Source: Macrostomum lignano (Eukaryota). Taken from it: 64,000 bases of DNA. Under the pieces are notes generated by a model, which worked only from the letters and a program-made list of their open reading frames with translations, had not been told where the DNA came from and did no database searches. Position 1 is the first letter of the stretch. Every line of letters starts with the position of its first letter. The stretch lies in assembly GCA_002269645.1 (NCBI GenBank), contig NIVC01001638.1:186001-250000 (forward strand), written 5' to 3'. Positions 59,242 through 64,000 of this stretch are shown here, piece by piece. The position numbers and the translations under genes are program-made.

Positions 59242-60202
59242 GATGTTTTGAATGCAGCTATCAGTATTATCAGACATATATCACAGCCAAGTTATGGCCA
59301 AGAAGTCAGAACTAAGAGACCTGCCGTCACCCAGATTCAAAGGGTGTAGTGCTTGTGTTGACATGCTGTGGCGTTTACGGGGATAGTCATACTATTGTTA
59401 ATTCTGGCAAAATATTGTTCTACCGGATGAAATAGATTAACTTAATAAAATATCTGTGTATGTAAATTTAAATGTGGCTTTTGTTAGAGTTTTATAAGTT
59501 TCTTGAGTGCTTGCAACCAAGAGTTTGTGGCGTCTGTGATTCCTGAAGTTTGATTGCAGATCGAATCCTACCTCGCAAAAGTGGAAGGCTTATACCGTAT
59601 TGCTTCGCTTTTCAATATCTGAGGCAATTAATTTTTTTAAGAATAAAAATACGTATTTTTGACTCGCAGTCGCTGCTCTGCTGTTAACGCCGAGGTACTG
59701 TACACTCAGTCTACTTGTATGAAGCACTTGGATTCACTTTGGTATGAGTATGCCAAGCCAGAAAACTTTGACACACGACAGAGTTCTCAAATTTTGTATA
59801 CATTCAACCAGTTTATGCCACTTCATTAAAGCATGAGTATGTCATTATGCTGTCTGTCGCCAAGAGTAGAATTTTAGGTGTAAAATTTATACCCCTCTGC
59901 AAAGTAATAACGGCATGCTATGAACTTGTGACGCTTAATGAAATGCGCGTAGTAGGCTGTTTCCACAAAGTATCAACTACGTAAATGGCAAAGTGTCTAA
60001 CGATTGTAGAGGAATCTAAATAGATTCAGTAAGTAAATGACATGAAGTAAGGCTTTGACAAGCTATTGATATATACCTCAGCAAGCGCAGAATAGCATGC
60101 AGCCAGGCTTTGACAAGCTATTGATGTTTACCTCAGCAATCGCCGTTCTTCACCTAAGTCGTAACCTAGATCTTCGAGGGAACAATCGAGGCGCTGTACG
60201 AG

Positions 60203-62995
60203 TTGAGCGACGAGTTGCAACGAAACAACAGCGACGCAGCACAGCACTCTCGGCTGCTCGATGAAATAGAAACCGTCGAGGAGGACTACCGCGTCAGCAT
60301 GCGAGAGGTCCAGCGTTTCCGGCTCGCACCCGAGACCTCAGAAGATCCGAGGCAGGCCCAGTCACAACAACAGCAGCAACAGCCACACTTGGAAATCGGT
60401 GGCTATGGTGAGTTTGGCGACGAGTTTGCTCCGAACCATGCCAGTAGACCCGAGGCAGAACAAGCTAGCTTAGCGGAGGAACTGCTGGCAGTCAAGGTGC
60501 GAGTTCTACGGAACACGAACTGTCAAAAGAACTTTGGAAGAATGTTGCGTCGAGTTGAAGTTCCTTACCTTCTACGGAGAAAAACAGCAGTACGAGGTGT
60601 GGAAGGCAGCGTTCATGGCTTGGATCGATAGGGCCGCGCCACACCAGAGTTCAAACTGCTGCAGTTGCGTCAGTATTTGCGTGGATCGGCGCTGAAGGTG
60701 ATAGAGAGCACTTGGGTCATTCGGCTGCTGCCGACCAGGCGGCTAAGGAGAGATTGGAGCGTGAGTACGGCGGCAAGCGACGAAAGTTGGCGCACTACTT
60801 GGAGGAGCTAGATAGTTTTCCACCCGTGAAGCAGAATAGTGCCGAGAAGCTGAAGAAATTCGCAAACATCCTCGATGTGGCTGTAATTAATTTGGAAGAA
60901 GCTGGTAAGAACTCCTAACTTAGTGATGGACTGCTTTATGCTAGATTGCAAAAAAGTTACCAGAGCCGATGGTCGCAGCATTTCGTCGATGGATCTTCGA
61001 GAAGGCAAAAGCAGAAGGCGTTAGGACCCTTGAGAGTGGGTTTTGCGTGAGGCAGAGTTCCGGACTGAGGCAGCAGAAATTGTGTACGGGTGGCCGCATC
61101 AAGTCAGGAGCAACGGCGGCAAGGACAGCAAGCAGAAGGCCTTCCATGTAGCGCAGCTAAGCAAGAGCTCAAGCAAGGGGAGCTAATCCTGTGTCGTCTG
61201 CAAGGAGACACACGATCTATGGAAGTGTCCCGCGTTCGGGAAGCTGTCGGCTGAGAACAGATGGAAGGCTGCTCAGGAAGTCAAAGCCTGTTTCCGCTGT
61301 CTTGGCCATGGTCACATCGGTATGAACTGCCGACGAGGTGGAAAGTGCGGCGTTGATGGTTGCAGAAAATTCCACCATCGTCTGCTGCATTCGACAACAA
61401 GGTCGGAATCGAAAGAGAAGCCAGAAGGCAAAGCCGGCGCTGAGCAAGAAATGCAGTCGAAGCCGAAAGCTGCAACCGTGACAATGGTAGCTAGAGAAGC
61501 CAGTGCGGTTTCACTTCGAACGGTTCCGGTCATTCTTAAGGCGAATAGGCGAGCTGTGAAGATCAATGCCTTACTTGATGACGCCAGCACAAAGACCTAT
61601 TTGAATACGGCGATAGCATCCAAGCTGCTGGAGGCCTGCACGGCAAACAGGAATCAATGCAGGTAAACGTGTTGAACGGACAGGTGGAAACCTTCATAAC
61701 AGCACCAGTGTCATGCACCTTGGAGAGTACTGACGGCCAAATAAGCAAGGAGATTACTGCGCTGACGGTAGATAGAGTGACCGGGAGCATGGAAGTAGTA
61801 GATTGGCAAAAATTGGCGTCGAAATGGTCGCACTTAGGAAACATTCCGTTTCCAAGAAGGCAAACATCAGCGGAGGTTGACTTGCTGATCGGAGCTGATC
61901 ACACCGACTTGCATGCGTCGCATCTAGAAGTGTGTGGCAAGCCTGGAGACCGCAAGCCCGTCTAACACCTTTAGGTTGGACCTGCATTGGCAAGGTTGAT
62001 GGAGCTTCGGAACGCTCTTTATTTGCGAGCACATTCTTCAGCGGAGGCGAATTCGAGAACTTGGCCCCATTGTTGCGCCAATGCTGGGAAGTTGAAGAGC
62101 TTCAGCGGGTGGAGTCACCTTCATTCACGAATTCAGAGCAGCTTGCCCTGGAATGCACTCGATCATCGCTGAAGTTCATTGACGGGCAATACCAGGTTGG
62201 GTTTCCATGGGAACCGGATGCCAAGCTACAAGACAACAACTTCGAGATGGCCATTAAGCGGCTTGGAAACTCTGAGAAGCGGCTCCTCAAGGATCTGGAA
62301 ATAGCCAAAAAGTACCAGGACGTCATCAATCGCTGCGAGAAAGTAGGCCACGTCAGAAGGGTGCTGCAGAATGAGCATCAGGCTATGAAAAGGTACTACC
62401 TTCCGCATTTCCCAGTGGTGGCAACGCGTGCAGTTCATTTAAAAATGGCGTATGGCCTTGATACAAGCAGCTTCCTAAACTCGTTGTTTCGCATGATCAG
62501 TCGCCGAGGTCAAGTTCTGGAAATCTTCTCAGACAATGGAACTGATTTTGTTGGTGCAGATAGAGAACTAAAGGAGCTGTGCAAGTCGATGGACAAGAAC
62601 GCATTGCAGTCATGCACATCTTACGTACCGATCAAGTGGCACTTTAATTCGCCTGCGGCTCCGCACTTCGGCGGTGTGCATGAGTCAATGATAAATTTAA
62701 CAAAGAGGGCGATAAATGCGATCTTGAGAACGGCAGAAGTCAGCGATGAACAGCTTGTAACAGCATTTGCCGGAGCAGAGCCGCTGCTGAACTCGCGACC
62801 TTTGACCTACCAGTCGTCCCATCCTGGCGACGATCCGGTCCTGACGCCAGCGCACTTCCTGTACGGGCATGTCGGCGGACAGCTGGCACCAGAGACCGCG
62901 GCTGACGAGGTGTTCAACCCAACCAAGAGGTAGCGCTACGTGCAGCAGCTGGTGCAGTCCTTTTGGCGGCGATGGCTCCGAGAGTGGCTGCCAGC
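60203..62995 (+). mobile_element. Decayed, internally deleted BEL/Pao LTR retrotransposon
   Basis: Gag EVPTFYG...FKLLQLRQYLRG; three Zn knuckles; ALLDDASTKTY protease; RT start fused at ~62418 to integrase TRAVHL..SDNGTDF..PHFGGVHE; FWRRWLREWLP; LTR-like remnants shared by ~60090 and ~63000. Confidence 0.9.
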
Positions 62996-63135
62996 TAGTG
63001 AATAGCATGCAGTCAGGCTCTGACCTCAGCAAGCAAACATCTCGATCAAAATACCAAGTGCACTTCCGCTCTTTCATGTCAGACCTGACAAAGTGATTTG
63101 CCTTTGAGGGAACAAAAATTTAAAATAGCTATATA

Positions 63136-64000
63136 TTACTTACAGGTAAATGTCACCGGAATAGAGGCGTTGATTTCGCAATAGGAACTGGCGACGGCTG
63201 CAATGACGACCTTTCCAGCAGGACCGCTGTTGTGCCCATTCGATCCCTCGGGGTTCCTGCCCGATGCGTCCACGAAGCTGCCGCCTCCGCCTCCTTCATC
63301 TCCGCTGCTGCTTCCAGTTCCGCCGCAACCACCGGAGTAGCCGCCGCCTCCGCCGCCGCCGCCTTCACTGTCACTACCGTCTGTGCCGCCGCCTCCGCCG
63401 CCTCCGCCGTAGCCACCATCGCCGTTGCTGTTTGCGCCGCCTCCCGCCCAGCTTCCGGTGGCACTCTTTCCTCCATAGCCTCCATCGTCGCCTGTGGGTC
63501 CGGAACCTCCAGCAGAGCCCCAACCAGCGCCACTGCCGCCAGACCTGTCAGTGCCCTTGCTGGGACCTCCCTGTCCGACAGTCGAGCCGGAACAAGTGCT
63601 GCTAGTGCCAGCGTTGCCGTCTTTTCCCGTGTCCGAGTTGGAGCCATCACCGCCTCCGCCGCCTCCTCCGGCAGCCAGAAGCAGCTGATCAGAGTTACTG
63701 CTTCTGGTTATATAGACAAAGGTTCCGCCTCCACCGCCGCCGCCGCCATTAGAGTCGCTATCGCTTCCGGCATCGGTCCCAGACTTTCCCACGACAATCG
63801 TGAGCGTCTCAATCAGATTGAAATAGGCCATTTTGTAAGCTCCTTTGCCTCCAGTTGCACCTTTTGTTGACTGGCCACCGTTGGCGCCCCATGTTTCGAT
63901 TTTGTAGCAGGTGTTCACTTCCGGTGGTGTGAAGAATTGCACTAATCCCGTTTTGCCAGTTGTGCCATTCGCTGAAATGCGGTTGATAGAGTGTGCGTTC
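63136..64000 (-). CDS. Near-identical second copy (B) of the glycine-rich domain gene, 5' end beyond window
   Basis: Offset 4794 bp from copy A, very few substitutions, different C-terminus. Confidence 0.78.
   Translation of the reverse strand, partial: NAHSINRISANGTTGKTGLVQFFTPPEVNTCYKIETWGANGGQSTKGATGGKGAYKMAYFNLIETLTIVVGKSGTDAGSDSDSNGGGGGGGGTFVYITRSSNSDQLLLAAGGGGGGGDGSNSDTGKDGNAGTSSTCSGSTVGQGGPSKGTDRSGGSGAGWGSAGGSGPTGDDGGYGGKSATGSWAGGGANSNGDGGYGGGGGGGGTDGSDSEGGGGGGGGYSGGCGGTGSSSGDEGGGGGSFVDASGRNPEGSNGHNSGPAGKVVIAAVASSYCEINASIPVTFTCK

Overview
Repeat-dense eukaryotic (probably invertebrate animal) genomic window, almost entirely nested mobile elements plus a small host-like gene cluster. 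(1) 3291-17543: a young Polinton/Maverick (adintovirus-type) element with ~445-bp near-identical TIRs. It encodes PLA2, retroviral-type integrase, a pX-like protein, adenain-like protease, A32 ATPase, major and minor capsid proteins, but its protein-primed PolB has lost its exonuclease/catalytic core, and a 691-bp foldback element with a 10-bp TSD splits one gene. (2) 17544-25710: a Ty3/Gypsy element broken into two opposite-strand halves by a ~7.1-kb inversion at a CCAT/ATGG microhomology, with an extra 3' ORF and a PPT-LTR-PBS junction. (3) ~25711-34986: a second, different-lineage Polinton-like replication module. It has a 7-exon, spliceosomal-intron-containing pPolB (three introns fall within polymerase motifs A, B and C), a divergent tandem PC4-like gene, no capsid genes, and a terminus nearly identical to that of the first Polinton. 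(4) 35-48.6 kb: microsatellites, a Penelope GIY-YIG remnant with a minimal hammerhead fold, and a TIR element (7-bp TSD) filled with a 23-bp satellite and hosting a LINE fragment and a near-intact Ngaro tyrosine-recombinase retrotransposon. (5) 49.7-64 kb: three genes for secreted proteins with ALK/LTK-like glycine-rich domains (one fused to PAN and mucin domains), interleaved with RTE and BEL/Pao remnants. All calls come from reading motifs and junctions by eye; no database search was possible, and single-base lesions may be assembly errors.
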